From NCBI RefSeq assembly GCF_009914755.1, contig NC_060929.1: a stretch of 64,000 nt of DNA. One strand, 5' to 3'. Numbering within the stretch: position 1 is the first letter of the stretch; every line of letters starts with the position of its first letter. Source of the stretch: the human T2T-CHM13v2.0 reference genome, Homo sapiens. Under the pieces are notes generated by a model that was not told where the DNA came from, did not search any database, and was given only the letters and a program-made list of their open reading frames with translations. The translations under genes were made by a program, and so were the position numbers. This document shows positions 1 to 15,379 of this stretch, piece after piece.

Positions 1-113
1 ACACGTGGTTTCACCGTGTTAGCCAGGATGGTCTCGATCTCCTGACCTTGTGATCTGCCCGCCTCAGCCTCCCAAAGTGCTGGTAATACAGGCGTGAGCC
101 ACCGTGCCTGGCC
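1..113 (-). mobile_element. Alu left arm (cut by window edge)
   Basis: Reverse-complement Alu consensus ending ...cctggcc. Confidence 0.9.
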
Positions 114-302
114 CCATAGTTGTATTCTTTATTTTTCTATAAATAATTTAAAACATGTCTACTGAATGCTTGATATATGCCAGGCACTGTACTTTCTCTA
201 GTTTCATCCATATTCACCAGCCACCTACTGAATAATGGCTAACATTGATAGAGATATAATATATGCCAGATACTGTTCTGAACACTTCACAAATAATGTT
301 TT

Positions 303-436
303 CTTTTCTTCATTTTATTAATAATACAGAGTCTCACTTTGCTGTTCACGCTAGTCTCAAAATCCTGGGATTAAAATCCTCCAGCCTAGGCCTACCAAAG
401 TGCTAGGGTTACAGGTGTGAGTCACTGCCAGGTCCA
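303..436 (-). mobile_element. FLAM monomer inside MIR
   Basis: Diverged left monomer; flanking acaaataat repeats. Confidence 0.7.
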
Positions 437-594
437 CCTTACAAATAATAGTGAATCCTCGAAACAACACAATGGAGAATGTAAAAACCTCCTGGGATAC
501 TGATAATGTTCTGTTTTTGTTTTTAATTTAAGTGCAAGTTACACAGGTACACTCGGTTTATGACATTTCATTTTCTCTTACATGTGCAGTTTTC

Positions 595-735
595 CTATGA
601 GGCAAAGAAAATATTATCTTCAATTTATAGATAAAAAAACTAACAACAGACTGTTTGCCCAAGGTCACATGGCAGGTAATAGGAGGAGCCAGATTCAGCT
701 TAGGTAGTCTGACTTCAGAGCCAACCCAGTCTCTA
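595..735. mobile_element. MIR fragment
   Basis: tttgcccaaggtcaca...tctgacttcagagcc core. Confidence 0.65.
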
Positions 736-1339
736 TTATATCATGCAATCCAGATATTTGTCTTGGCTCAATACTTTTCCTTTGTCTAAAATGACCTTCC
801 CTTGATTTTCAGAATGAAAGAACACGAAGTCTACCTCAAACTCCATAGTCAAAATCCTCCAATTTCCCATTTTAGTATTTCATTAAAACTTAATTATAAT
901 GGCATAGTTATTTGTAGACTCATCTGTCTCCACCCTCATGCCCCAGAAGTGTAAACTCCCTGAAAGCAGGGACTATGCATATTGTAGATGCTCATAAAAT
1001 ATTAAATAAGTGAATTATTCCCTACAAATGCACTTTAATATAAAGTGTATACAAGACTAATATTCAAATAAAACAAAAAAAAACCCAAAGTTTATTTCAT
1101 TCATTTTATCTCTGTATGAATAAAAGCTGTACTGTACATGGCTTTCATGAAATACTAAGAAATGATATACTCAGAACAATCACTCTAATCCTGTATTCTG
1201 ACAGAGTGGTGTCATGGACAATTAATAGTCAAGCAACCTTTAATAAGTAGACTAAAGATCCATCCAAATAATACTAACATACTTCATCAATTACAACATT
1301 TATAAGCCTGAATGGTCTTCTGATTAACCTGATGATCTA

Positions 1340-2324
<985 letters not shown>

Positions 2325-3329
2325 TAGAAACTTTCCTTCTTTCTCTATTAGTAATGAGGACTCCAAATGTTTTAAAACATTTTACTGTGAGATTATGAAA
2401 CTCTCTATATAAATATATGATAGATATTAACCAAGGAATCCTTCTAAAACCCTTATAATATTATTACTTAAATCTCTACAGGAAACAGCATTGATAGGAA
2501 TGCCTATTGATAATCAGGCACTAGGCTAGAAAATTTTATATTTAAACTTCACCTCAAGGCAAGTCAGGTGAGGAAACCAAGTCTTAGAGAAGTTGATACT
2601 TGGCCAGGGTGCCTGAAGGGATGGAGCTGGGATTCAAACTCTATATAGTTCCAAAGTTATGTCCTTTTGTTCATAGTGTACTATAAGGCAGTTTACAAAA
2701 GCATACTCAAGCAGATACCTATTCTATACAGGGATATTCTGGCTCACCCTACTCTATTAAGACTAATAGCCATTTTATCATCAGTGTAATAGCAACAATC
2801 CTTTTGGAATGAAAATTATCTTATTTCAAGCTTATCCATGCAGTGTACATCCTAAGGTCTCTGATTCAACAATGGAAGGATTGATGTTATTAGTCGTTGC
2901 AATATTTCTTTTTCTTGTAAAGCCAGTAAATTTCCATCACCAAGGTTGGTTTCAAAAACCTGTTCACCTGGTTTTTTTACTTTCTCAGTGTTTAATCCTT
3001 TTCTACCTTACTAGTGTTACTTTTATTCTTTCCTGAATTCAAGACACAATATTCTTAACACTACTTTCAAATAAAAAGTAAAAAAGAGAAAGGAAAAAAG
3101 GAAAACTCATTAGCTTATCAGCCTATCCAAGCTACTGTTACCCTACCCGAGTTATCTCATCCTTTAGGAACGGAAGTCCCTAAGACATCTCAAAATCATT
3201 AGATGAGATGCCTTCTTTTGACTGGCAGATGCTTAAGGTACAGCAATAGTCAAAATCCACTTACTGCTATGTCCAAGGTTTTTCTAAAGTATAAATAAAG
3301 AAAAAGTGGCTGTTTACAACTCTCAATGA

Positions 3330-3499
3330 GGCTGGGCGTAGTGGCTCACACCTGTAATCCCAGCACCTTGGAAGCCCATTGCAGGAGGATCACTTGAGCT
3401 CAGGGGTTCAAGGCTGCAGTGAGCTATGATCACCACTACACTGCAGCCTGGGTGAGAGAGCGAGACCATGTCTTTAAAAAAAAAAAAAAAAAAAAAAAA
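3330..3499 (+). mobile_element. FRAM-like Alu monomer
   Basis: Single monomer plus A tail. Confidence 0.8.
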
Positions 3500-4036
3500 G
3501 CCTCAAAGAAATGGTTATGTCTCATTAATTGTGGGATATAATGGGATTATTTTATAACGTTTATTACATATGCTTTTATAAATGTATATGCCACGAATTC
3601 TCCTCAAAAACTGAAGAATTCCTATCAGAACTTCTCTATCTTTGACAATGAAGAAGTTAAAAAAAATGATTTTTGATCCTATGAAACTATTAGGAAGTTT
3701 TTTCTACTGAGAATTACCTTTCCTCATATTCTTTGCTATCCTAAAGTCCTTAGAACTGTCATAATAGTTCTCTCCGCAAGATTTATTTAAAAATAAAACT
3801 AGATTTATGTAAGTGCATTTCCTCAAACAAAAAAGGTACTCTACTCTTAACAGGTTATCTACCTAACCAAGTTCCCTTTTGGCCATGAAGCCATCCTTAC
3901 ATTTTCACCATGTCTGAAATCTGCTTTATCCTGTGCACCCTCAAATTAACATGCTATCAGAAACGTACACATGTAAACACATACAAACGAATACTTAACT
4001 GACATTATTTACTTGACTTAAAAAAATGCAAAACAA

Positions 4037-4454
<418 letters not shown>

Positions 4455-4618
4455 CTAATCTACAAGTTACTAGTAGCCATACTTGACAAATTCATTATTA
4501 CAGGTCTTTACATCTTAAAGAATCTGATCTTTAGTGTGCCATTATGAATCTCAAATATTAACAAGCTAAAAAGTCTAAATCTAAAATAAATTTAATCAAA
4601 TATCTTACAGAACTGTAA

Positions 4619-5229
<611 letters not shown>

Positions 5230-6595
5230 TACTTAAGATTTTCCTGAGTTTGAGATCTTCAAATTTGAAAAAATATTAGTAAAGTAGACCTTGGTCTTCC
5301 ATCTCTAAAAGTTCCATTATAATTATTTCCAGCCAGGAAGAAAAATTAGCATCACCACCACACTTTTTGCATGTGCTTTTGTTATTAATGTTATTCATTC
5401 ATCTTCCTTGCCAAAATTCCCAGTATTATTGGGCCTGATTTCTTGCCATTAAATGCAAACACTTTTCATGTACTTTGTTTATATACAAGGCCTTATGTAC
5501 AAGAGTGCCTAAGTTTTAGCAATATAAGTAATGTCAAAAGACTAGTCTTTTCTCATCAGATGTACACTTAATCAATTTAGTAACCTGGATTGTTGTTACA
5601 GTTTAAACTTTTCAGTTTCAAGGCCAAAAAAAAAATTATTAGAAACAGAAATTCTGTCACAGTTCCCTATACTGGGATAAAACAATCACATAAATATTTT
5701 ATCAAAAAATTATTAATTATCTTTAAATCAGCATTTCCTTTCTTCATTTCTATCTGTAGGTCTGCATTTAGGAAAAACATTTCAGAAGTGCCACAAAGAA
5801 CCCACCACTTTACAGTAAATAAAGTTAGTAATTCAACAAATCTTATCACTCAGCCCATATGAGGAAAACAGAAAAAACCTGAGTAAAACAAGTAAAATTT
5901 TAATGGTTAAACACAATCTTTTCTAGACGGAATACTAGTAATTGCCAGCAGATTTATGGCACAGATGCTGATTAGCTATCTCTTCTGAGAAAAAGATGGT
6001 TTTTTCCTCTCCTTGAAAATTATTAGCCCTACTAAAATCTCAGAATTCACTATATAATTAATCCACGTAACCAAAAACCACTTGTACCCCAAAAAGCTGT
6101 TGAATTTTTTAAAAGTCCTAAAAAGTTTTATCAAAGTAGCTGAAACTTTTTTTGTCTAATTATCAAAAATTATAAGCAAACGATTTGCTAATACTTGAAA
6201 TGCCCCCAAGATTTTGCTGTAATAATTTGTCATCTCAGTGCTTTTTCTGGAATGCAGGCCTCATGAAAAAACACTTGTAAAATGCCACATGGCATTCAAC
6301 AATTAGTAAAATCTAGTTTCACCAATATGATGCACATTTATACATTTTGACATCTCTTAATGGAGTCTTAAGCAGTGTCTTAACTGGCAGCATTTTTTTT
6401 TAGTGCTACATACAATAATGGTACCTTTTACAACAAATGGCATCTTAGGATGCCATGGAAAACAGTAACTTGGTTTCTCAAAACCACAAGTTTCAGCCCA
6501 AAAAGATAGTTTGCCCAGCATCTCATTTTACAGATGATGAACATGAAAACCCAACTATATGATGTTCCCAACGTCATAAAATCAAGAGCAAAAGA

Positions 6596-6733
6596 GGCCA
6601 GGTGTGGTGGCTCATGCCGGTAATCCTAGCACTCTGGGAGGCCGAGGCAGGACTTGAGCCCAGGAGTTCGAGATCAGCCTGGGCAACATAGGTCCTTTCT
6701 CTCTAAGAAAAATTATTTATTCAAAAAAAAAAA
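6596..6733 (+). mobile_element. FLAM_C inserted in a MIR (6520-6790)
   Basis: TSD aaaatcaagagcaaaaga on both sides. Confidence 0.85.
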
Positions 6734-7704
6734 ATCAAGAGCAAAAGAGACTGAACTCGGGTCTTCTGGCTCCCAATGATGCCCTTTCCATTAAACACCG
6801 TGCCTCCTGAAGTAAATCAAATGAAAAAAACTGCCTGGGTTTAACCAACATCTAACATACATAAAAAGCATATCACGCAGGAGCCGTGTGCGCTTATGGC
6901 CTGAATCAAAAGTCTCAGATTGACTCAAAAGTAACAATTTAACAATCCACTGTTGTGTTTGTCTTTGGTAAGATGTATAATGAACTACAGACTTCAGAAA
7001 TGAGAGCTTCCCTTAAAGCAGGGATTTCATCCGGTGCATTACAATGACTCAGTACAATCTCACTTGCATCTTCTTCCCTCCCCACCATTCCCCGCAGGGG
7101 AAAGACCCCCGCAAGGAGAATGACAGGCCCACCTGGGGCCTAAACTCCATAGCTCAAACAAGGCTGGGCACTCATTTACCAGCACTAGAAACTTCGCACA
7201 TCTTTTCCAGTCTAAGAACTACACAATTTACAGGTGGTTGGTATGTGAATCTCTCTCCTTGCAGGAAAAACTAAAGGAACCCGATGAACACAGTGACACC
7301 CGCAGTTTGTCAGCAGGACTCGCTAGCGATGGAGCGTCTGGGGAAGAAGCCCCACGGCGGAGGAAAAGGTACCCGAGACAACGACACGTTATCTGGGCTC
7401 CGGGGGTTGAAGCACCAGGCGACGACGCAGAGAGGCGTCGCACGAGAAGCCAGTGGACCTGCGACACGGCACTCCCCGTGAGGTCCCTTCAGCCACCCTC
7501 TCCATCCCCCAAGTGGGAAGAAGATGGGAGGTGGGGGCTGGACGCGCGGAGGCGGGGACTGGGGGGCCTGCCGGGCGGCGGTGGCGGCTCCGCTCGGCGG
7601 CCGCAGGAGGCCATTTTAGTTAAGGGGCCGCTGAAGGGCCCTGAGGCCTCCACGTCCCTACACCTCCGCCGTCTCTACCTCCCCCCTACTGGGGGCCGCT
7701 CCCC

Positions 7705-7800
7705 GCCGCGGGCCGGGCCGGGCCGGGCAAGGCGGGGCGGGGCGGGGCGGGGCGGGAGAGGCCGCCGGGCTGGGCCGGGCCAGGCCTGCAGCGGGCCGGG
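7705..7800 (+). promoter_or_regulatory. Tandem GC boxes (Sp/KLF) with G-quadruplex potential
   Basis: gggccgggccgggccggg and ggcggggcggggcggggcgggcggg. Confidence 0.6.
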
Positions 7801-7901
7801 GCTCTGGGATGGCTGGGGACGGGCGCGGGGGCGTCGCATCGACAGGATCCGGACCGAGGGGAGAGCAAGGGGCGAACAGAGAGAAGGCAGGATGCCGTTA
7901 C

Positions 7902-8001
7902 CTATATTGGGCCGCAGCCGCCGCCGCCGCCGCCCCGCTGTGGGTGAATCCAAAGTAGTTGCCGGTCGCCATTTTGGCATCTTCCCCCAGCCGGCTGGGC
8001 A
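7902..8001 (-). CDS. ZFR: ZFR coding exon 2 (100 nt; [34 protein letters not shown])
   Basis: Acceptor ccgccgcAG|TGCCC at 8002/8001, donor TATAG|GTAACG at 7902/7901; phase joins exon 1 (G|TG = Val); matches recalled ZFR sequence including the Ala8 run. Confidence 0.95.
7967..7976 (-). promoter_or_regulatory. YY1 motif overlapping the Met23 codon
   Basis: Minus strand CAAAATGGCG. Confidence 0.55.
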
Positions 8002-8294
8002 CTGCGGCGGGCACGAAGAGTCGGGTCCCATGGCGGGACAAGAGACACAGAGGAGCCGAGACGCCGAGGGAGGGCAGGGAGAGAAAGAGAGAGGCGCCGT
8101 GAGAGCAGCCCTGGCGGGGCCCAGGCCGCGGCCGCGCCGCCTCCCCCTCCCGCCTCGCACTCCCTCACTCACTCGCACGCCCGGGTGGCGGCCGCCGCCT
8201 CCTCCCCGGAGCCTGCCCCAACCCCCGCGGCTCCCCGCTGCCCGGGGCCAGGGAGGGGGCCGGGCAGAGGCCTCGCGGGCCACATTAGACTCAC
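8002..8294 (-). other. ZFR: ZFR intron 1 (293 nt, GC-rich, GT-AG)
   Basis: GTGAGT...GCAG between exons 1 and 2. Confidence 0.92.
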
Positions 8295-8331
8295 CATAGG
8301 TGAAAGAAACTACAGGGCATATGGGAATCAT
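8295..8331 (-). CDS. ZFR: ZFR coding exon 1 (37 nt; MIPICPVVSFTY + G)
   Basis: ATG at 8331-8329; canonical donor ATG|GTGAGT (intron starts 8294); peptide matches the recalled ZFR N-terminus. Confidence 0.95.
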
Positions 8332-8420
8332 GGGCTCGGGCTGCTGCTGCTGAACTCTGAACTCTCACCCGCTGCCTCCCTCCTCTGCCCCGCTCCTCCT
8401 CAGCGGAGAACAGACCGCCG
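8332..8420 (-). other. ZFR: ZFR 5' UTR (approximate; TSS not resolvable), contains (CAG)4
   Basis: GC-rich sequence between the ATG and the NRF1/ZNF143 motifs; ctgctgctgctg at 8341-8352. Confidence 0.6.
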
Positions 8421-8433
8421 CCTCCGACCGCAC

Positions 8434-8445
8434 TGCGCAGGCGCG
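8434..8445. promoter_or_regulatory. NRF1 motif
   Basis: TGCGCAGGCGCG, close to YGCGCAYGCGCR. Confidence 0.7.
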
Positions 8446-8454
8446 CCTGTGCTC

Positions 8455-8476
8455 GGCATCCTGGGAGCTGTAGTCC
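8455..8476 (-). promoter_or_regulatory. ZNF143/THAP11-type SBS motif (ACTACAnnTCCCAnnATGC)
   Basis: Minus strand reads GGACTACAGCTCCCAGGATGCC just upstream of exon 1. Confidence 0.8.
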
Positions 8477-8668
8477 CCGCCGTCTTCGCGGCTCCCCCGG
8501 GCGCGTGCCGGGGCCTCGGCGGTGCGGGCGCGGGGAAGCCCGCGGGGGAAGAGGGGCCTGGCCTTCTCCGAAGTGGTGGTGACGCCGCGCGGCCGCGGGG
8601 CGACGGGGGCGTGTGCCAGAAGCGCCTCGCCTGTCCTCTGGGGAGTCGGGGAGCGTGACCAGAGAGAG

Positions 8669-8676
8669 TGACGTCT
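8669..8676. promoter_or_regulatory. CRE-like site
   Basis: TGACGTCT, 7/8 match to TGACGTCA, at the island edge. Confidence 0.45.
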
Positions 8677-8994
8677 GTTCGCCTTTTTCTTTGCTTTCCA
8701 CTGGCTTCCTTCACTTTTGCATGTGCACTTATTCCCTGCCTCCCTGTCTTCCTCGCTCATTAATTTTTCATTGGAATTCGAGCTGGGCAATTTAGGATTT
8801 TTCCTTATTTCCTGCTTTCCCGCAGCTTTTCCCCAACCTCTGAAGTGCGGAGGGAGGGAGAAGGAGAGGAGAGAAATAGAAAAAGGATGGAAAGTGCTTT
8901 TCTGTTGGACTAAAAGCACACCCTAAACATCCCTCCCGGACATACCTCTTGCTATACCCTTTCCTCGACCTGCACCCACTCCCTGAGCCATCCG

Positions 8995-9400
8995 GCGTAT
9001 ATCGGTCACCCAGCAGGGTGTCAGGCAGTGTTGTAGGTGCTGGAGATACCGCAGAGAACAAAACAAAGTCCCTGTTCCCGTGGAGTTTACGTTCTAGGAG
9101 CGGGTATATGTCAGCCAACAGCCGGTAGCCAAAACACAGAAATTCTGTCTGATGGTGACTGGAGCTTCAAGCATAAATAAAGCAGAGTAAGGAAAATAAG
9201 GGTAAGGGAGGTGCTATTTCATGTAGAGTGTGGTTAGGGAGACCACTTGAAGGAAGGAAGGACAGGCCTGGGAGATGCCTGCAGGAAGAGCAGCAAGTGG
9301 AAGGGTCCAGATGAAGGAATGAATGTTCAAGAGCAAGAAGATCAGTCTGGCTGGAGTCAAGTGAGAGGGAGACCAGATCACGTGCCAGATCTTTAGTGGT
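8995..9400 (-). mobile_element. L2 3' fragment
   Basis: caggcagtgttgtaggtgctggagatac...ccctgttcccgtggagtttacgttctag. Confidence 0.65.
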
Positions 9401-9682
9401 AAGGACAGAACAGTACTTGCCCCCATGTAAGCATTTCCTCTTTCCCTCTGTTTCCTCGCTTTCTTCCCTTTAGTTTCTCAGTTCGTTTTCAACCATTCTC
9501 TTTCCTCTTCCAGTCCCTCTTCTGATGGTCTAGTTTCTCTGGCCTTATGTTTCGTGTCTTCCATCAAGTACATATGTACTGCCTGCATTTCACCTCTTCC
9601 TTACCTTCTCCATGCCCATCCCCCAGACTCCCTGCTCCTCATCTCTCCTCATTGTTGGATATGAACATTAAAAGGAAATGCT

Positions 9683-10003
<321 letters not shown>

Positions 10004-10869
10004 TCAGAACCCACCCATGAAATTCAGGGCTTTGTCCTACTTTCTTGTGCCAGAGCAGAAACAATGCCTCAATTCTTTTTTGTGCCAACCTTGCTCCCCA
10101 CGCCTCCTACAAAAGTACAGGCTCTCAGAACCTGTCTGATTTGTCCTGTTACTCATTTCAGAAAGAGAAAATGTAGAACCTTGGAGAAAAGTTAAGTGTC
10201 ATTATTTTTGAGAATACTGATGTTTTCCCAGGCAAAAGTTATTTGTGCCCCAAGGATGTTGCTAGGAAGAAATACCTCCTACACATAGGACATTAGAACT
10301 GTATTTTAAAGGTATTTTGCCTTGAACTTCATTGAGCAGTCAAGCTTCAAGACACTGACTGTAACTGCTTTGATGAACCGGCTCTATTAGTTACTAGGCT
10401 ATTTGAATAAAACTGGAGGAGAAAAGACAGGTGTTGATTACTTGCCTAAAAAGAGTCTGTGTAGGCCAGTTTTATGCTTGTTTGCTTGGCAGGCCTTTGG
10501 AGGCCGGCGTGCTACTGGCACACCCCAATGAGCAAGCACATAACTAGAAAGAGGAAGACGGGGCCTCTCCCCTGGTTCTTAGGGGTCAAAGTAGGTGTGG
10601 CAGTAGTGAAAATTATTTACAACAGCACTCTCAAAGATGCAGCCTGTAGGAACAACCTTTCAGTATCGCACCTACTTGCCCTTGACTTGGGCTCCTTTAA
10701 GGAAGGAGTTTTGGAGGGTCTTGAATATTTTTCCTGGGCATCTAGTAGTGGAGTAACCTGAACATGTTATTTAACCTATCTGAACCCATACGGCAAGAAT
10801 AACAATAACATCTTCCTGATGGGACTCTGGTGGGGTTTAAATGAGGCAGCATTTATGTAAGACATCTAG

Positions 10870-11167
<298 letters not shown>

Positions 11168-11170
11168 TAA

Positions 11171-11533
<363 letters not shown>

Positions 11534-11744
11534 TAAAATCAACCTTCTAATAAGTGAATGCATTGTGCAAATCACACCTACAAGTCAAAAGTAGGTGGCT
11601 CTGCCCTGGAAGAGTTTATGTTCTAGAGTACCCGGTCTAGGCAACATGGCTGTACGTAGTCTTCTGGGTCAACAATTAAAGATGAAATACTTGACCAGAA
11701 GCAACCAATTATAATAGGGATTGTCATCCTTCATGTCCAGAACT

Positions 11745-12234
11745 GGTTTGGTATGCAAATCTGATCAAATCCTCTGTGCTTTCATCTCTCAGGATAAAGC
11801 AAATTCTTCCATGTGGCCCACAAGACTCTGTGGCCTGGCCCACCTGCCTTTTCAGCATCTTCCTCCTTATTCACTCTATCCCAGCTATCTTGGCCTCCTG
11901 TTCACCATGCTCCCTCCCACCAGGGGGCTTTGCATGTTCTCCCTGCCTAGAATGTTCTCCCTTCTTCCCTTTACCTGGTTTACCCTCATGCTTGGGGATC
12001 GCAACTCATTCAACCCCTCGTGACCTTGATGGGTCAAACCCTTGCTATGCTCTCAGAGCACCAGACATCTCTTCTTAGTTGCCCTTGTCACAGTTGCAAT
12101 CTTATACTTATTGTGTGATTATATGATTAATATATATTTCTCTCTCGCATCAAACTATAAGCTTCACGAGGGCAGGTTGCCAGTATTGGGTGCCTGTTGG
12201 TAGGCACCCAATAAGTACTTATGGAATGAATGAA
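11745..12234 (+). mobile_element. L2 3' end
   Basis: Ends caataagtacttatggaatgaatgaa. Confidence 0.7.
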
Positions 12235-12544
12235 CCACGCTGTGCACAGTTTAATCTTTCTTTCATGATTCAGAAGGTAGTTCAAGAACCTGTAGTGCCT
12301 CAGGGTCATAATTATGAACCTCAATTAGGATCTGAAGGTAAAAGAGGAAATGTCATTGGCAGTCAATTAGCCACAAGGTAGAGCTAGCCTGAGAAAGCCA
12401 GCCCCTAAACTCACCAAAAATAAATCTATAATAGTTGTCTTCCGTCACACCTTTGAGTCAAGGTGTGGTATCCTGAAAGACCTTGATAAAATACGGATAA
12501 ATTAGCCAGAAAGGACATCATACTAGCTACTCTATACCAAGAGG

Positions 12545-12780
12545 AGTATAGTGAGGTGAATAAGAGCAAGGACTCTAAAGCTGGACACACCTGGCTTCAA
12601 ATCCCAGCTCTGTCACTTTCTGCTCTGTGACCTCAGCCACAATCTCTCTGCTTCATTTTTCTTCCTCCTCTGTAAATAGAGAGGTAAAAGTAGTATCTTC
12701 ATCAGGGGATTGTTGGTAGGGGTTAAAGACTTCCTAGATGTAAAGCTCTTAGATCAGTGCCTGGCTCACTGTAAGCACAT
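12545..12780. mobile_element. MIR
   Basis: ttcaaatcccagctctgtcactt...ctctgtaaa core. Confidence 0.7.
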
Positions 12781-12786
12781 TTTCAT

Positions 12787-13157
12787 CATCTCATGATAAA
12801 TCCTGTACCCATTAGCAGTCACTCCCCATTTCTACCTCCTTCCAATGCCTAACAACCACAAAATTACTTTGTGTCTCTATGGATTTGTCTATCCTGGACA
12901 TATAAATGGAATCATACAATAATGTGGCCTTTTGTGTCTGGCTTCTTTCACTTAGCATAATGTTTTCAAATTTCATCGTCCATTGTTTGGATATACCACA
13001 TTTTATTTATTCATTCATAAGTTGATGGATGTTTGGGATGCTTCCATTATTGGGCTATTATGAATAACATCACTATGAACACTGATATGCAAGTTTTTGT
13101 GTGGACAGATGTTTTCAATTCTCCTGAGTATATCCCTAGGAGTGGAATTGCTGGTAT
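12787..13157 (-). mobile_element. L1MB/ME 3' UTR fragment
   Basis: ataaatggaatcatacaa...cctaggagtggaattgctgg. Confidence 0.75.
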
Positions 13158-13317
13158 ACCTTTTTTCCCCCAAACTCTCTGAATAGCTGAAATTCTTTTC
13201 CTCTCTACAACCACTACTCTAGTTCATCTCTTGCCCAAGCCTACTTCAACAGCCCACTAATTGGTCTCTCTTCCCAGTAATCTAATCCTCTCAAATCTGT
13301 CCTCTACACAATGATCA

Positions 13318-13687
<370 letters not shown>

Positions 13688-14183
13688 TTATTCTTTACAA
13701 AAACCTACAAGGTAGGTACTATCATGATTATCCCATTTAGAGATAGTAAAAGTGAGTTCATAAGGGTGATAAGTGGCAAACGCAGGATTTAAACTATACC
13801 TACCTGTTTCCAGAATGCCTGACCTCTGCGACATACTGCTTCCCTGAAACACATCTGAACATGTCATTACCCTGCTAAAAATCTCGTAAAGATTCACACT
13901 TGCCTAAAGTAAGAACACGTCCTATTACTGGTGGGTCACTAGAGTCACCTTTGTGTTTCCAGTTTTAGTGCACATGGCTATTTTTCATTTATGAACTCCT
14001 AGAGCACTTACATTATTGGCTCTTTAATTATTTCATTCCAGGGCATCCTATAGTTCCCATTTTGTAACACTCATCAGACTGGTCATTTCTTACTCAATAT
14101 CTCTCTTCCCCCAGGAAAGAACATGAACTCCACAGGGTCAGGAACCATGTCTGTTTTATCTGCCAATGAATTTCCAATGCCTA

Positions 14184-14493
<310 letters not shown>

Positions 14494-14942
14494 GAGAGAA
14501 CCATTCCAAGAACACAGTATGCACTTAATAAATATTTTGGGGATGAATGAAATTAGTCTTGTGTCCATTTTTTGAGGGTAATGGTTTTATGATATAGGTC
14601 TTTAATATCTTTCTTCCCCCTCCCCCAAGTACCATCTGACATGATACCAGCCACAAATGCAGATGCCAACCTATTTTAGTCCTTGCAGCTCCCTTGACAT
14701 TCTAGAAAATGCTATTTGCTACCAAGCTTGAACCCCCAACACCAATGTTATAAGGGTTTCTTTGTGTCAGTAACATATTCATAGGAACCTGAAGAACCTA
14801 CAGGACTCAAGGCAGCCATAGGAGTCGCTGTTTAGCAGCTTGGAGAAGAGTCTCAGCCACACTGTGACCTGATTTAGAGCTTGATATGATTATCAATGGG
14901 AGATGCTGAAGGACATATTGGTTTAAAGCCCACACTCTAGAT

Positions 14943-15151
14943 CAACACTGTCCAATAGAACTTTCTTCAAAGATAGAAATGTTCTCTCTCTGCACTGTGC
15001 AATATGGTAACCACTGGCCACATGTGGCTATTGAACACTTGAAATGGGGCTAGTATGACAGCAACTACATTTTAATTTAATTTAATTTTAAAAACCCTAG
15101 TTTAAAAACCGCTAGTACATGGCTAGCGGCTACTATATTGGATAGTATAGT
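14943..15151. mobile_element. MER3 (hAT-Charlie) inside MIR
   Basis: cactgtccaatagaactttc...ggctactatattggatag terminal inverted ends. Confidence 0.75.
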
Positions 15152-15379
15152 ACCAGAGTCAGATGACCTATGTTCAAATCCTGGTTTTACTACTTACTGA
15201 CAATATGACTTTGGCGAATTTACTTAACCTTCTCATGCCCTGGTCTCATCTACAAAACAGAAAAAATAATAATAGTACTAACCTCATAATTTGACATGAG
15301 GATTAAAAAACTAAATACATATTTTGTACATGAGCCCATCAGGCTAGCACTAAGGTGGCTGGGGAAAAAGGCTGACTGT

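Larger units (their letters stand above)
7290..8680. promoter_or_regulatory. CpG island / TATA-less ZFR promoter
   Basis: Very high GC and undepleted CpG against CpG-poor flanks; spans exons 1-2. Confidence 0.95.

Noticed and set aside
7238-8299. 353-aa + strand ORF antisense to ZFR exons 1-2, and other ORFs in 7228-8926
   Set aside because: Low-complexity G/R/P/A composition expected from stop-poor CpG-island DNA; no recognisable domain.
7675-8331. 218-aa minus-strand ORF as a single-exon gene
   Set aside because: Only its first 12 codons are ZFR; the rest is intron read-through past a canonical GTGAGT donor.
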